Source of the DNA: Wickerhamiella versatilis
Taxonomy: Eukaryota
NCBI GenBank assembly: GCA_030867685.1
Contig: JAQOWU010000007.1
Location: 1,860,001 to 1,924,000 of the forward strand
Length of the DNA: 64,000 nucleotides
Direction: 5' to 3'
Under the pieces are notes generated by a model. That model worked only from the letters and a program-made list of their open reading frames with translations. It was not told where the DNA came from and did not search any database. Shown here one piece after another: positions 33,496 through 44,744 of the stretch. The position numbers were made by a program, and so were the translations under genes. The stretch's first letter is position 1. Every line of letters starts with the position of its first letter.

Positions 33496-34253
33496 ATGAG
33501 CGCGGCAACTGTGCATTCTGTGCAGGTGAAACGGCGCCGCGACGAAGACCCGATGCAGGCATTGGTAGTTCGTCAAGCCAAGCGGAAGAAGGTTGATCGA
33601 CTGTCAGCGGAGGATGTGGTGTTCCGACTAGCGACTACTCGTGCTGCACCAGCGCATGGAAAGGTGCTTGAGACAAGTGGAAGTAAAGAGGACCATATCT
33701 TCAAATTGCAGCGAAAACGACGACGTTCTTCTGAGGAAGCTCCTGCGGACCACCCACCCACATCAGCATCGGTGCCACAAGATGCTACTTCTGCATCAAA
33801 AGAGCTGGAGCCACAGCTTCAAAGTATGATTTCAGAATACATGCGAGAATCATTCAGCAAAGACGGTATCTGTGATGCCGTTGAGGACGCAGATCCTGAA
33901 ACTGAGGAATATGTGTGGGATGTATATTATTCGGAGCCAGCGGCTTCAGGCCCTCTGGAAGGGCCGCATATCGGTTATATGTAAGTTTTATTATTTTCAT
34001 ATTTTGAATTCTGCAGCTAACTAATAGAGAACTCGAGCAGGGGCAGGACCTATTAATTTTTGGTTCCGACAGTGATGATTCTGAGAATCACCTTGTTGAC
34101 GACGAAGACTCGAACGCCGAAGATTTTTACCAAAACGACTATCCAGAGTCAGATACCTCTTCCAGCTCTATACTTAGTTTAGAGGAGCGGCTTGGTGACT
34201 TGCACGTAGACACTAATAGTGTGGTTTGGAGCGACTCTGATGACGACATGTAA
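33496..34253 (+). CDS. IWR1: RNA polymerase II import factor Iwr1; two exons 33496-33980 + 34028-34253 (236 aa)
   Basis: Exon 1 has VKRRRDEDP and YVWDVYY. Intron is GTAAGT..GCTAAC..TAG. Exon 2 in frame gives the Iwr1 signature DEDSNAEDFYQNDYPE. Confidence 0.9.
33981..34027 (+). other. 47-nt spliceosomal intron in IWR1
   Basis: GTAAGT donor, GCTAAC branch at 34016-34021, TAG acceptor; removal restores the reading frame. Confidence 0.9.
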
Positions 34254-34295
34254 ATAAATTCGACCAGCTTAAAGTATTTTTTTTAATCCTTCCTA

Positions 34296-36869
34296 TTATA
34301 ATAACTCTGCGTCTCCTCTAGGAAAAGATCCAGGCATTGGCGACCTTGGCCCCGACAAATTTTCACTGTCGCTGCTCCCTGCCTTAGGACCCGAATTCTG
34401 GTCTGATGCAGCTTCCTCAACATCAGCCTCTGTGATTGCAAGATTCTCAATTCCCAACCCACTTGTTTGAGATTTCTTCGGCGTTACAGGGTCGTGTGGT
34501 TCTGTAATTTCCGTGGTGCTAGGTGCTTCAACACGGCTATCTTGGTCATTAGTTTCCTGGCCGGAGGAAGTCTCTTGTGGTAAGCTCACTGCGTCTTGCT
34601 CTTGCGAGGGGTTCTCCTCTTCCTTCAATTCAGCCTTGGCAGTCGTGCCATTAGATGCTGCGTCCTCTGTCACCTTAGTGTCTTTACTTGCTAATGGCTC
34701 TTCATCAGCTTCATTGCTTCCGGTGTCTGCATCTTTACCAGTCTCTGTCGTGGTAGATAGCGCAGGCACATCTGTATTCTTGCTCGTTTCTTTCGCAGCG
34801 GGTGAAGGGGGCACATCTTTACTGTCGCTACCCTCTTTTGTGGCGCTTGTTTCTTCTTTAGCGGGCAAAGCAGATGTCTTCTCACTCGCCTCATCAGCCG
34901 CGAAAGGTGCGGGTGTTTTGTCACTCGTCTCTTCGGTCGTAAGTGGTACAGGTGTCCTCTCACTTGTCTCTTCGGTCGGCACCGGTGTGGACGTCTCCAC
35001 CTTCTTCTCATCAGTCTGCCTGGCTGGACTAGGTGCGGATACAACATCCGGTGATTCGTGGACATAGTCTTCGTTTTCATCCTCCATGAAAATAGACCTT
35101 CTTCTGGTCGAACCCGCATCTTCATATTCTCCGAAATCAAATGGGACACTTAACTTCCTGTCCTCTGCCTCACTGGAAGCGGGAGTTTCCGGATTCTTCG
35201 TCTCGCTTGAGGTGCTCGGCTCTGGCTGAACAACTCTGATTGTTCCTTTGTCCAATTTCGGGGATTTAATGGCTGCATCATTCACATCAGTTGTCATATG
35301 GGTGTCTTTACTTGAACTGGTGATAGGGGATACCGCAGGGTTATCGCTAGCTGCTGCCGCAGCTCCTGCCGTAGCTCCTGCCGCGCCAGCAGTCGCGGCA
35401 ATTGTCTCTTGTTCGTGTTCGGGACGTGAAGGAAGCCGGGGAACCAGCCGTGATGCGGCCGGTGTATCTTTGGCCTCTTCGTTTTCACGATGGTCGCCCA
35501 GCTGGGGCTTTTCAGTCTTCCCTTCATGCGATGGGGTCTCTTGACCATGTGCTGCGTCATTACCCTTAGGAACATATTCCTGGAAACCTTCAACTTTCTT
35601 GTGTGATTCCTCCGTTTTCTGCGCTGGCTCCGCGGGATCCACGGACTCGACATAATTCTTAGGAAATAGACCCACTTTTCCATGCACATCTCCTTTCCAC
35701 CAATTCTTATCATCCACGGTACCATGATCATGTATGGTTATGATATCACCCTTCTTAAAGCTCAGGTCTCCCTCATGCTCGCCATCGAAATCATAGCGTG
35801 CTCTGACCTTATCATGGTGAAGCGCATGTTTGAACGATTCCAATGGGTCACCAAACATACCCTTGTCCTTAGAATAGAGGGTAATGTTATGTACCTGGAA
35901 ATGCGACGAGGCGTTCTGGTAAAAGTTGGGTATGCTTGATGGAATAGCTGCGAATTTGGCAGCTGTTGAGTTAGCAGCCCTCCTTGGCGACTTGGGGGAT
36001 TTTGGTAGGGATGATGGTGTCTTTGGTGGGGAAGATATTCCCTCGGAAAGCTGTGTGGACCTGCCATCTCTCACGATGTCTAAAGCTTCCACAGCAGGCA
36101 TAATGGCCATGAATTGCTCAACCCATGCAGACTTTATTTCATCATAACTTTCAGGCCTCAGCTGGAAGACATCCATGAGCTCCACCGTCACGGTCCGCCA
36201 CTGATCATAAATCTGGAGCGTGGTTCGAGATAGTCTCGCTACCGTGGTGGAAAGAAATGTGTCAAAAATAGCCAAAAAGTCGGGGATTCGCTGTTTCACG
36301 AGATCGTCGTATTTCAGAAATACCATTTTCGCCTCCTCAAGCTCCCTTTCCGCCTTCTTGGCATTATCAGGAGCCTTCTGCTCGTCGCGTTCATAGCTTC
36401 GCAAACAACGCTCGTAGTCAATCTTCTTATGGCCACGTTTTGTGATCAGGCGTTCTATGTTCTTCAGCGACAAGGATGCAGAGTCCAAATGCTCCTTCAA
36501 TTTCGTTGACTGCTCGTTTGCCAATGCTTCTATGGCATGCGCAGCAGGGGTCAGGCGGTCCAGCGCCGATTTAATACGATCTAGCAAGTTCTGAGGAGTT
36601 TCTGCCACTGACTGCAAGCTTTCATCCCCTATAGGATCATATATTACTCCAAAATCTTTCACAAATTCCCGTTGAGTTTCTGCGAGGCGTGACCATGCCT
36701 TACAGAGAACATTCGAGTAAAACTCCACGTTGTGAAGGGCTTTTCGTGCAGCACCGAAATCCTGGGTCCATACTGTGATTTCGGGATCCTCCGCAAGCCT
36801 CTGACCGGTCAGCAAATGCGGTGTTCGCTCAATGGCCTTGCGAGTTCCTCGAATCCATTTCAGGTCCAT
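34296..36869 (-). CDS. BAR + SH3 protein (Rvs167/amphiphysin-like) with a long acidic C-terminal extension
   Basis: RKAIERTPH N-terminal helix, KRGHKKIDYER (BAR), ARYDFDG..DLSFKKGDII..WWKG..GLFPKNYV (SH3). Confidence 0.85.
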   Translation of the reverse strand: MDLKWIRGTRKAIERTPHLLTGQRLAEDPEITVWTQDFGAARKALHNVEFYSNVLCKAWSRLAETQREFVKDFGVIYDPIGDESLQSVAETPQNLLDRIKSALDRLTPAAHAIEALANEQSTKLKEHLDSASLSLKNIERLITKRGHKKIDYERCLRSYERDEQKAPDNAKKAERELEEAKMVFLKYDDLVKQRIPDFLAIFDTFLSTTVARLSRTTLQIYDQWRTVTVELMDVFQLRPESYDEIKSAWVEQFMAIMPAVEALDIVRDGRSTQLSEGISSPPKTPSSLPKSPKSPRRAANSTAAKFAAIPSSIPNFYQNASSHFQVHNITLYSKDKGMFGDPLESFKHALHHDKVRARYDFDGEHEGDLSFKKGDIITIHDHGTVDDKNWWKGDVHGKVGLFPKNYVESVDPAEPAQKTEESHKKVEGFQEYVPKGNDAAHGQETPSHEGKTEKPQLGDHRENEEAKDTPAASRLVPRLPSRPEHEQETIAATAGAAGATAGAAAAASDNPAVSPITSSSKDTHMTTDVNDAAIKSPKLDKGTIRVVQPEPSTSSETKNPETPASSEAEDRKLSVPFDFGEYEDAGSTRRRSIFMEDENEDYVHESPDVVSAPSPARQTDEKKVETSTPVPTEETSERTPVPLTTEETSDKTPAPFAADEASEKTSALPAKEETSATKEGSDSKDVPPSPAAKETSKNTDVPALSTTTETGKDADTGSNEADEEPLASKDTKVTEDAASNGTTAKAELKEEENPSQEQDAVSLPQETSSGQETNDQDSRVEAPSTTEITEPHDPVTPKKSQTSGLGIENLAITEADVEEAASDQNSGPKAGSSDSENLSGPRSPMPGSFPRGDAELL
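34843..35000. repeat. Degenerate 39-bp (13-aa) coding minisatellite
   Basis: TCACTCGCCTCATCAGCCG / TCACTCGTCTCTTCGGTCG / TCACTTGTCTCTTCGGTCG start at 34882, 34921 and 34960. Confidence 0.75.
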
Positions 36870-37773
36870 TGATTAGTCAACGTGTACCAAGCACCGGATT
36901 ATTTTTCCAATTCATTCAGTCACACGCCAGTCCTTTCCGTGGAGGACCACACGATCGTTTCTAAATCTATGTGAAAGTAGCCCCATACCTATTAAACCCT
37001 AACAGCCAATGTGGCAAATTTTCAACCCAAAAAAAATAGATGACAGCTTATCTAAGTCCTGGGTTTAACATCTGCCGAACGGTGATGTAACATATGCATG
37101 CCCGCCTCATTCAGTGCCCTATCTCTTCCTAGAATATTTGTCAACCCTCGAAGTTTCTATCTTAATTCTAATATGCCATGCCACACTAATTGATCGCATA
37201 ACTTACAGTACATGTCTGCGCGGCGAAGACCGAAACTTTGATCCTCAGCAAACGTGGAGGCTTACCTATTTTTTTGGGGTAGGGGCACAAGTCTTGCTGC
37301 ACGATCCCTCGTAAATGTGGCTCAGCCCAGCAGCAATTTTAGAAAATATCCCGGGCTTCACTGTGGTGTGGTGTCGCTAGGCTCCTCGAATTAACCTTAA
37401 CGTTTCAAGGCCGCCACGTTTTGCAGCATCTCAAACCTTACAATACAGCACGCAACGTCATAATAGTCGCATTGCCGGTATTGGTAGGGCAAGGGTACTG
37501 AAGAAAATACTGTTTTGTTTGTAGACAATACACGAGCATAGCGACCCCAAGTGCAGCATAATTGAAGTAACATTCAGCCTGTGATAATTTTAATAAAATA
37601 AATTCCAACAATCTTTAATGTGGGTCTGAAAGTAAGTATCTGGAGCGCAAAATTAAAAGGGTAACTGCAAGTCATGCAGCTTACGAAATGCGTAAACAAC
37701 TCTGTAACGCATAAGGAAGACGCCTTTTCCACTTAACGGGTTCCTCCTCTGTCGTAATCAACTTTTTTTGATA

Positions 37774-38571
37774 ATGGCTCTAGCTGCTTTGCGAGTCTCT
37801 TCGAATATAGTGACAACCCTCTTCACGATGGGCTCTGTCCTGCTTTTGTTCTTCATTGTCCTGGCGGGGTCGAAGCCATCAGGCGTCCTTCAGAAGTGGT
37901 ATTTCCTGTCTGCCGACACCTCTGACATTGACGGATGCCCGTATCCTGTGTCTCGTTGGTCTATGTATGGCGTTTGCGGTTACAAAGGTAGCCCCAGTGA
38001 CCTTGGTGACTTCATTAACTGTACTTCCAACAAGGCGGACTACCCATTCGACCTTGTGCACAACTTCGGTGATAACGTTCCTGACACTTTCAAGCAGCAC
38101 TCTCATGCCCTCTACTATGAGACCCGGTTCCAATTCCCATTCTACCTGATTGCTCTGACCTGCCAGGTGGCCGTGCTGTTCATCACTGTCTTTGCCGGTA
38201 AGGTTCGCAGTATTGCGCATGCTGGCGGTGGTCTGAACGTGGGCACTGCGTTGTTCATTATCCCTGCCGCATCCTTGACCACTGCCGCCTACGTCCGTGG
38301 CCGCAACCTGTTCCATCAGGAGCAGCGCGAGGCCAAGCTCGGCCCAGCTTTGCTTGGTTTCGCCTGGGCTGTCGTTTTCATGGTTCTCTACAACTCCATC
38401 GTATTCTTCTTCAACGGCCCGGCCAAGTCTGAGAGTGGTGGGTCCAATTTCGCTTCTCCTTCCAACAATGGCAAGGGAAGATTTAGTGGAGGCTATAAGT
38501 TCGGCATCGGTTCCAAGAAAACCACTGAAGGTCCTGCCAAGGGCGAGACCTCAAGCTTTGTGCGTGCATAA
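37774..38571 (+). CDS. Sur7/PalI-family eisosome/MCC tetraspan membrane protein
   Basis: ADTSDI..SRWSMYGVC..C, YYETRFQFPFYLIA, AASLTTAAYV; four TM helices. Confidence 0.88.
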   Translation: MALAALRVSSNIVTTLFTMGSVLLLFFIVLAGSKPSGVLQKWYFLSADTSDIDGCPYPVSRWSMYGVCGYKGSPSDLGDFINCTSNKADYPFDLVHNFGDNVPDTFKQHSHALYYETRFQFPFYLIALTCQVAVLFITVFAGKVRSIAHAGGGLNVGTALFIIPAASLTTAAYVRGRNLFHQEQREAKLGPALLGFAWAVVFMVLYNSIVFFFNGPAKSESGGSNFASPSNNGKGRFSGGYKFGIGSKKTTEGPAKGETSSFVRA

Positions 38572-38820
38572 TACCTGTTCATCTATAGCTACTGTAATTT
38601 TCTACCCTTTTTAATTTTTACCGTTCTTTGAGTGCAAAGAAAGAAGAAGGCCCTAAGCAAGGCAATTTGTGAGGCGCATTGTGTGATTTGTGATGCTGCA
38701 GCTGCCGCTGCATCATTATTATATTTTCGCAATTGCAGTAGTTAATGCTAATGTTTATTACGCTAAAATTAACTTTTATCAAGAAGAAAACCGGGATACG
38801 GGGGGGTAAGTGCGAGACGT

Positions 38821-40140
38821 TTATTTTGTTCGGCTGGAACGCACGCCAAGAGGATTCTTAGAATATGACAACCGAATGCCCCCCTTGACCGAGTTAGATA
38901 GTCCAAATCCATATAATTCTCTTAGGGCTTCACCAGCGAAGTGCTCGTCTTCGAACTCAACAAAACACATTGGGCCGTTTTGTTTCGTGCGGAAACAGAG
39001 CCTCTTGTAGCCGGGTCGGACACTGAAGATTTCTTTTAACTCCTCCTCCTGCGTGTCGGGTGGCAGATTTCCCACATAGAGGGTATTACATGGTGGGTTC
39101 TGGTCAGCTGGATTAGCAGGAGGAAGCACGCGTCCACCCTGTTGCATTATGGACAGCGCCTTTGCACTATTAGCTGGGGTGTATGACATGACAACCTTCG
39201 ACATTTCGGGAACAGAATCATGACGAGAAGTTCTGCGTTGACCAGAAGCCGAAGATGATGCAGCGGATGCAGATCGTGGAGCCGATGAAGGTTGAACCGC
39301 GCTGTAGCTGCCCTGAGATGCTGCAGAAAGTGGGGGCGACTGGGGGCGCTGCTGCAAATGACTATGCGTGCTATTACGCAGATGCGACGCTCCGTGGAAG
39401 AGACTATGAGTTGCTGCGGGTGGCTCGAGCGAGAGAGATGCGACGCCATCATGAACGCGTTGGGATGGCTGTTGTCCAAATAGCGATAATGGGGAGGCTA
39501 TGTCTGGCGGGGAGTCATCGCGGGGTGACTCCACACTAGCAAATTGAAATCGCGACTTTTTCGCTCCAATTTGTCTTACCTCGCATCTAAGAAGTGTCCC
39601 AAAAATGTCTGTGCGACGCTCCAGGGTGGCCTGGGCACTCTTTGCCCCAGAATGAGTCCTGAATCGCGCTGTGAGTGACCCCTCCCCCTCGTGAACGTCG
39701 CAAGAAATATAATCCGTCGCGAACGTGAACATTAATGCAGCGTCTCTGGGTGAAAATGTTTCGGGAAGACCCTGTATCACGAGGAGGGCATCACTGAATG
39801 GCTGGAAGAAATTCGATCCGAGCGATGGTGCACGTTCGGACTTACCCGGCGGCGAGCTACTGGGGGGCTCATCATCGTCGGTCAGTGAGGACGGAGTTGG
39901 CAACGAGTTCGTGTGATGAAGGCGACTGACGCTTGGGAGCGTTCCCACTGGACTGAAAGATGCACTACTGGGCGCGCTAAACGGGGCACCTGATCCGTCC
40001 ATATCCGTGCGAATTAGCAGACTTCGAGCTGCGACTGAGGCAGTGGGTGATCCACGTGAAGGTACATCCCAAGGCGAGAATGGAACGCCTGACGATATCG
40101 ATTGAGACCCCGACCCGAGGCGCGACACCAAAGGCGGCAT
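38821..40140 (-). CDS. WHI3: Whi3/Whi4/Scw1-family RRM RNA-binding protein
   Basis: [59 protein letters not shown]. Confidence 0.88.
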   Translation of the reverse strand: MPPLVSRLGSGSQSISSGVPFSPWDVPSRGSPTASVAARSLLIRTDMDGSGAPFSAPSSASFSPVGTLPSVSRLHHTNSLPTPSSLTDDDEPPSSSPPGKSERAPSLGSNFFQPFSDALLVIQGLPETFSPRDAALMFTFATDYISCDVHEGEGSLTARFRTHSGAKSAQATLERRTDIFGTLLRCEVRQIGAKKSRFQFASVESPRDDSPPDIASPLSLFGQQPSQRVHDGVASLSLEPPAATHSLFHGASHLRNSTHSHLQQRPQSPPLSAASQGSYSAVQPSSAPRSASAASSSASGQRRTSRHDSVPEMSKVVMSYTPANSAKALSIMQQGGRVLPPANPADQNPPCNTLYVGNLPPDTQEEELKEIFSVRPGYKRLCFRTKQNGPMCFVEFEDEHFAGEALRELYGFGLSNSVKGGIRLSYSKNPLGVRSSRTK

Positions 40141-40754
40141 TCCCAATACTTTGACGTTACAGACACTAGGGTGTTGATCACAGAATATAGAAGTATCTGT
40201 GACTAATCTATATGCGCAGCTTCTCCCAGATTATGATATAGAAAAAGAAAATTTCACTTAAGCACGAGATATTGGTGCTATTATTTCAGAAACCCCTGAT
40301 ATAAAATCTTTGGTTTGCCCTAAATCTTTTCATCGCCATCGGGCACTATCCAATGCAAGATCCCGTTAGAGTAAGATTTACGCACTTATTTATATAGTAT
40401 TATGTAAAGATGCATGTCCCTTCCAGACATAATATGCACGTCTAGCCACCGTCTCAGAGATCGGTCAGGTTGAAGTTTCACTTACCACTTTTTTTCGTAG
40501 GGCAGACTTATTCGAGGCTATTAAGTCCAGAGGAGGGAGGAGGGTCGCACCAAGGCCCTAACCCTGCTCCAAATCGGTTCACACAAGCTCAATAAACCCA
40601 ACCCATACACAGCTAGAAAACTGTGCGGTATTTTAGATTTTTATATGGGGAAGAAACATATGACCTGATCCCGATGGTACTAAGCTTCACTAATGGTTTA
40701 TAGTGTGAATTTTCTATGACTAACTGTTTTTAATTCGCATAAATTTCTCTAGGA

Positions 40755-42476
40755 ATGGGCCAGACCAGAGGAAGACGCCGTGAGAAGAAAAATAAAAAGG
40801 AAGTGGAGCCCTCCGAGGAGTTCATCCCGTTGGAGGAGGAGGATTTTCCGGTTGAGCATGCTGATGCGGGGGGTGACGAGCTGCCTACTCGCAACCAGGC
40901 TGCGTTCTTCGGCCTACTTGATCGTGAGGAATTAGAATATTTTAAGACTGCTGAGTCCACCTTGTCAGCTAATGCCCTACTTCCTGACGAGCGTGGCCCG
41001 TTTGTGGATAATGTTTTTGCCGAAGCTCGAGGAAAAGAGCTGAAACTGGTCACCAACCAAGTCTGCTCAAAACTGGTGGAGAGACTGATTGCCACCGCTT
41101 CAGATGAACAGCTAGTTTCGCTATTGAATGCATTCAAGCCGCATTTTTATCCGTTGTGTATCCAGAAGTTCGCCTCCCATTGCGTTCAGTCGTTACTTTG
41201 CCGACTGCCAGAGGTCGTCAACCGGGAGATGCTTGAAAAAACATATACTTGTGCGGAGACTATCGCAGTGATCGCGGAAGACCTTGCCCCGAATTCCCTT
41301 CTTATGGCGAAGGAAAAATATGCATCGCATTGCTTGAGAACTCTGTTGTTGTTGGTTGGCGGGCTCCCAGTAGCGGCTGTGCGGTCACGAAAGAGCAAAG
41401 TGGCCCGCAAGCACACGGATATTTCGACAGATAACGAGGAAACTTTGGTAATTGAGCTACCGGAGCCTCTCAAGAAGGCCAGGGGCGATTTAATTCGAGG
41501 TCTGACAGCTCCCTTGGATGCCGTGGAGTCCCGGCGATTGGCGATTGACCCCATAGCCTCGCCTGTGTTGCAGGTAGTGATTCGCATACAGGCTAAACGA
41601 TCCAATTTTGACCTGGTTCAAGAGATAATGGACTCTGAATCATTTGTGTATCACTGTCTTGAGGATTCGGTCGGTTGCCACTTCATGGAAGCTTGTCTAC
41701 TCTCCTTGCCTAAACGAGCTGCAACAAAATTTTACCAGAAGCACTTGAAGGGGCATCTTGTGGATTACGCAAAGAGAGATCCCGCCAATTATCTAGTCCA
41801 GGCCGCCCTCGCGTCCCAGATCCCGCATGAATCGAAGCTCGAGGCCCTGAAGGAGCTCGAGCCGCATATCCGAGATCTCCTTCCTTTCCTGGGGGTGGTT
41901 AAAAGCATGTTGACATGCTGTCCTGTGGACTCTGCACAGCGTCACACCGTGGCCAGGATCATTGCGGCTGAATTGGGTAAGGACCTTGTTTCTCAGGCTA
42001 CCGACCTGCAGCATACTCTTCTGGTTGAGGAGCTTTTACAGGACCCTGCAGTGGCTGAAAAGGCTGCCACTGAGTTCGCTGAATCGGCCACTGAGGATAT
42101 GTTGAAGGAAATGGCCTGTGATCCTATGAAGTCACACGCTTTACAGGCCCTGTATCGCCCTGACCTACCGATTGTGGTTCGGCGAAAACTTCTGAATGCA
42201 CTCGTGCCCTGTGTGGCCACTATTGCGCCCAATGTATATGGTAGTCACATTGTTGACAAGGTATGGACAATGTGCGATAAGCTCAAGTTTCTGCGTGAGA
42301 GAATTGCGGATACGCTGGTTAAGAATGCCGACGTGGTAAAGGCTTCTGTTTATGGGCGTCGTGTATGGCGTAATTGGCATTTGGACAAGTATCTGCATGC
42401 CCGCAAAGATTGGGTGGATGTTGTACCTGCTGTTCGGCCTGCTGCATTACCATCTTCGAAGCGACAAAAACGTTAG
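40755..42476 (+). CDS. NOP9: Nucleolar Pumilio-like repeat protein
   Basis: FFGLLDREELEYFK, EARGKELKLVTNQVCSKLVE, FASHCVQSL, GSHIVDK, YGRRVWRNW. Confidence 0.93.
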   Translation: MGQTRGRRREKKNKKEVEPSEEFIPLEEEDFPVEHADAGGDELPTRNQAAFFGLLDREELEYFKTAESTLSANALLPDERGPFVDNVFAEARGKELKLVTNQVCSKLVERLIATASDEQLVSLLNAFKPHFYPLCIQKFASHCVQSLLCRLPEVVNREMLEKTYTCAETIAVIAEDLAPNSLLMAKEKYASHCLRTLLLLVGGLPVAAVRSRKSKVARKHTDISTDNEETLVIELPEPLKKARGDLIRGLTAPLDAVESRRLAIDPIASPVLQVVIRIQAKRSNFDLVQEIMDSESFVYHCLEDSVGCHFMEACLLSLPKRAATKFYQKHLKGHLVDYAKRDPANYLVQAALASQIPHESKLEALKELEPHIRDLLPFLGVVKSMLTCCPVDSAQRHTVARIIAAELGKDLVSQATDLQHTLLVEELLQDPAVAEKAATEFAESATEDMLKEMACDPMKSHALQALYRPDLPIVVRRKLLNALVPCVATIAPNVYGSHIVDKVWTMCDKLKFLRERIADTLVKNADVVKASVYGRRVWRNWHLDKYLHARKDWVDVVPAVRPAALPSSKRQKR

Positions 42477-42720
42477 ATGCTAAACATATTTTAGCTAGTT
42501 TAATTATTGCATTATATGGTATCGACTTGCGAGTCGATCTAGGTGAGTTAATAGTCACCTGCTGTTACACATGCTATTTGGAGAGCATATGGTACCATGT
42601 CTGTCTGGGAACATCCACTATGCATATCTGGCAAATCTCAATGGGAATATATATAGCCAGAAAGGAGCTAAAACTAGATTAAAATGCAATTACCATTCGA
42701 CTCTATTGATTAAAGAGCGC

Positions 42721-43323
42721 CTACCAGACACCATCAGTCCTACGAGCCCTCAAGCCCATAAACCTCGCAAGCGAGTCAAAGAGTTCAGTGAGCAGAGGGT
42801 CAGATGGGTCTCGAGGGTTGCCCTGCTCATCCTTGAGAAAACTATCCGCGCCGATATCCTCGGGAACGATCTCATAGTACTGACACAATTGGATTACCTC
42901 TGGCCATTCCAGAGACACAAATTCGCGGACAGTCTTGGGAAACTTTCGGGGAAATTCTCCAACCGAGTCAGGGAGAGGTGCAATGCATTGATCAGGCTCA
43001 GTGCGATGACTGTTAGCTATCCGACGTATATTACGCTCATCCAGGATCTGAAGCTGCCCACTCAACTCAACAGTCATATCTTGCAGGTCATTCATACCAA
43101 CATAGTCCCCCGATATTGACGATTGCTTATTCTCTTGGGGAAGACCAGCGGCTGCCTGCAATTCACGGGTCTTGTCACCAATTTCGTTGATACCTGTCGA
43201 CCTTTGTGAAAGTTGGAGAGACATAACCTGCTGGCCGGTCTGAGACAGCACCTTCTGTGTTTTTTTAAGCTGCTCGGCCAGAGTCGCTACCTGCTGCTTT
43301 AGATCAACTTCCTCCGCTGCCAT
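42721..43323 (-). CDS. MRP8: Mrp8 homolog
   Basis: LKQQV..LSQTGQQVMSLQL, DLQDMTVELSGQLQILDERNIRRIANS, FDSLARFMGL..RR..W. Confidence 0.85.
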   Translation of the reverse strand: MAAEEVDLKQQVATLAEQLKKTQKVLSQTGQQVMSLQLSQRSTGINEIGDKTRELQAAAGLPQENKQSSISGDYVGMNDLQDMTVELSGQLQILDERNIRRIANSHRTEPDQCIAPLPDSVGEFPRKFPKTVREFVSLEWPEVIQLCQYYEIVPEDIGADSFLKDEQGNPRDPSDPLLTELFDSLARFMGLRARRTDGVW

Positions 43324-43469
43324 GATGTGTTATGCCAGATAGCTACAACAAGACAGCACACTGACTACGCACTGACATAACACAGTCACGTGATTGGAAC
43401 CTGTTTTCCAGAATTCTGTGGTCATTCATACATACATATATACATACATAAATTCGGTCATTCAATCGT

Positions 43470-44381
43470 TTATTCGAAAATATCGTGGAATGCAGGTCCT
43501 ACGTGTGATGTGACATCCGTGGTCACCATTGCCCGTCCATTTTCTTGATATGCCTTTTTACTGGCCAACCGGGTAACTGTACTCGCCGCCATGGCAGCCA
43601 AAATAGTGAGGTCCATAGAGACAGGCTCTGTATCCCATAGATGGTCCTTGTAAGCCTGCGACCATGCCATGAATGTTGCCAAGGTTCCACTAAGTGTATC
43701 ACCCTGGCCACTTACCCGGCGGTGGCTCCCTTCAGAGTCATTTTCTACCGTGGTCTTCCCGTTGGTCACCAAATCGGACGGACCCTTGACAAGCAGAGTC
43801 ACTCCAAGAGTGGATGCTAATTTCTCGGCCAATTGAGTGCGATTATCCTTCTCGTCTAATTCAGCAGCTTTCACCAGACGTGCAAATTCAACAACATTTG
43901 GTGTCAGGATGACCGGGGACTTCCATCCCCGAATGAGGGAGATCTGCTGCTGCACGAGCCACAGGCCATCCGCATCGACCACCAATGGTATCTCGCGCTC
44001 ACGAATGTCTTTCAAGAGGGTTGATATTTGCTCCAGCAACGCAGGGTCTCTTCCAAGACCGGGACCGACCACAACGACATGCATTCTCGTGAGAAGATCC
44101 CGAGCTTTCTGGGGCAGGGGAGTCTTAATATTTTCCCGCAGGTAGGGGTGGACCATAAGGTTCGGGGAGTACGACTTTATAACCGTGGCTGCTCCTTCGG
44201 TACAAAGGATATGGGACATATCTGCCCCGACGAGGGCAGAGGCTGCACAGGAGAAGTAAGGTGCTCCTGTGTAGTCCTCAGATCCACCCACCACGAGAAC
44301 TCTGCCCAGCTGGCCCTTGTGGAAATGCGGTAGTAAAGGTGGCACTAATTTTCTCGCTTGTGCGATCAAATCCTTCCTCAT
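43470..44381 (-). CDS. NNR2: ATP-dependent (S)-NAD(P)H-hydrate dehydratase
   Basis: HKGQLGRVLVVGGSEDYTGAPYF, GPGLGR, VVDADGL, LTPNVVEF, RRVSGQGDTLSG. Confidence 0.94.
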   Translation of the reverse strand: MRKDLIAQARKLVPPLLPHFHKGQLGRVLVVGGSEDYTGAPYFSCAASALVGADMSHILCTEGAATVIKSYSPNLMVHPYLRENIKTPLPQKARDLLTRMHVVVVGPGLGRDPALLEQISTLLKDIREREIPLVVDADGLWLVQQQISLIRGWKSPVILTPNVVEFARLVKAAELDEKDNRTQLAEKLASTLGVTLLVKGPSDLVTNGKTTVENDSEGSHRRVSGQGDTLSGTLATFMAWSQAYKDHLWDTEPVSMDLTILAAMAASTVTRLASKKAYQENGRAMVTTDVTSHVGPAFHDIFE

Positions 44382-44744
44382 GATTCTGTCTTAAATCTTT
44401 GAAAAGCAGCAAATAACAAAACGCAAAAAAACCTAAAGACAAGCTTAAATGTCGGACTTGTCGAGATATGGCTTACATATGATTCGGGGGCTATAGCGGG
44501 ATATATAACCTGATCCGGAGCAAACTCGACGAGATTAGGATTTACGAAAAAACCGACGGTTACTAGCTATCATCTCCCTAAATTCCCAATTAACCATAGA
44601 AATCAATTTTGGCAAAAAGAAATTGTTTAATACTAGGTAATGTGTAGTTAGAATCCCATCAACGCGAACAAAGCAACGATGTGAGCGTTAGTACCATGAT
44701 GACGTGACAAACCTTACCCAGATCACTCCGCCTTAGGCATATAT

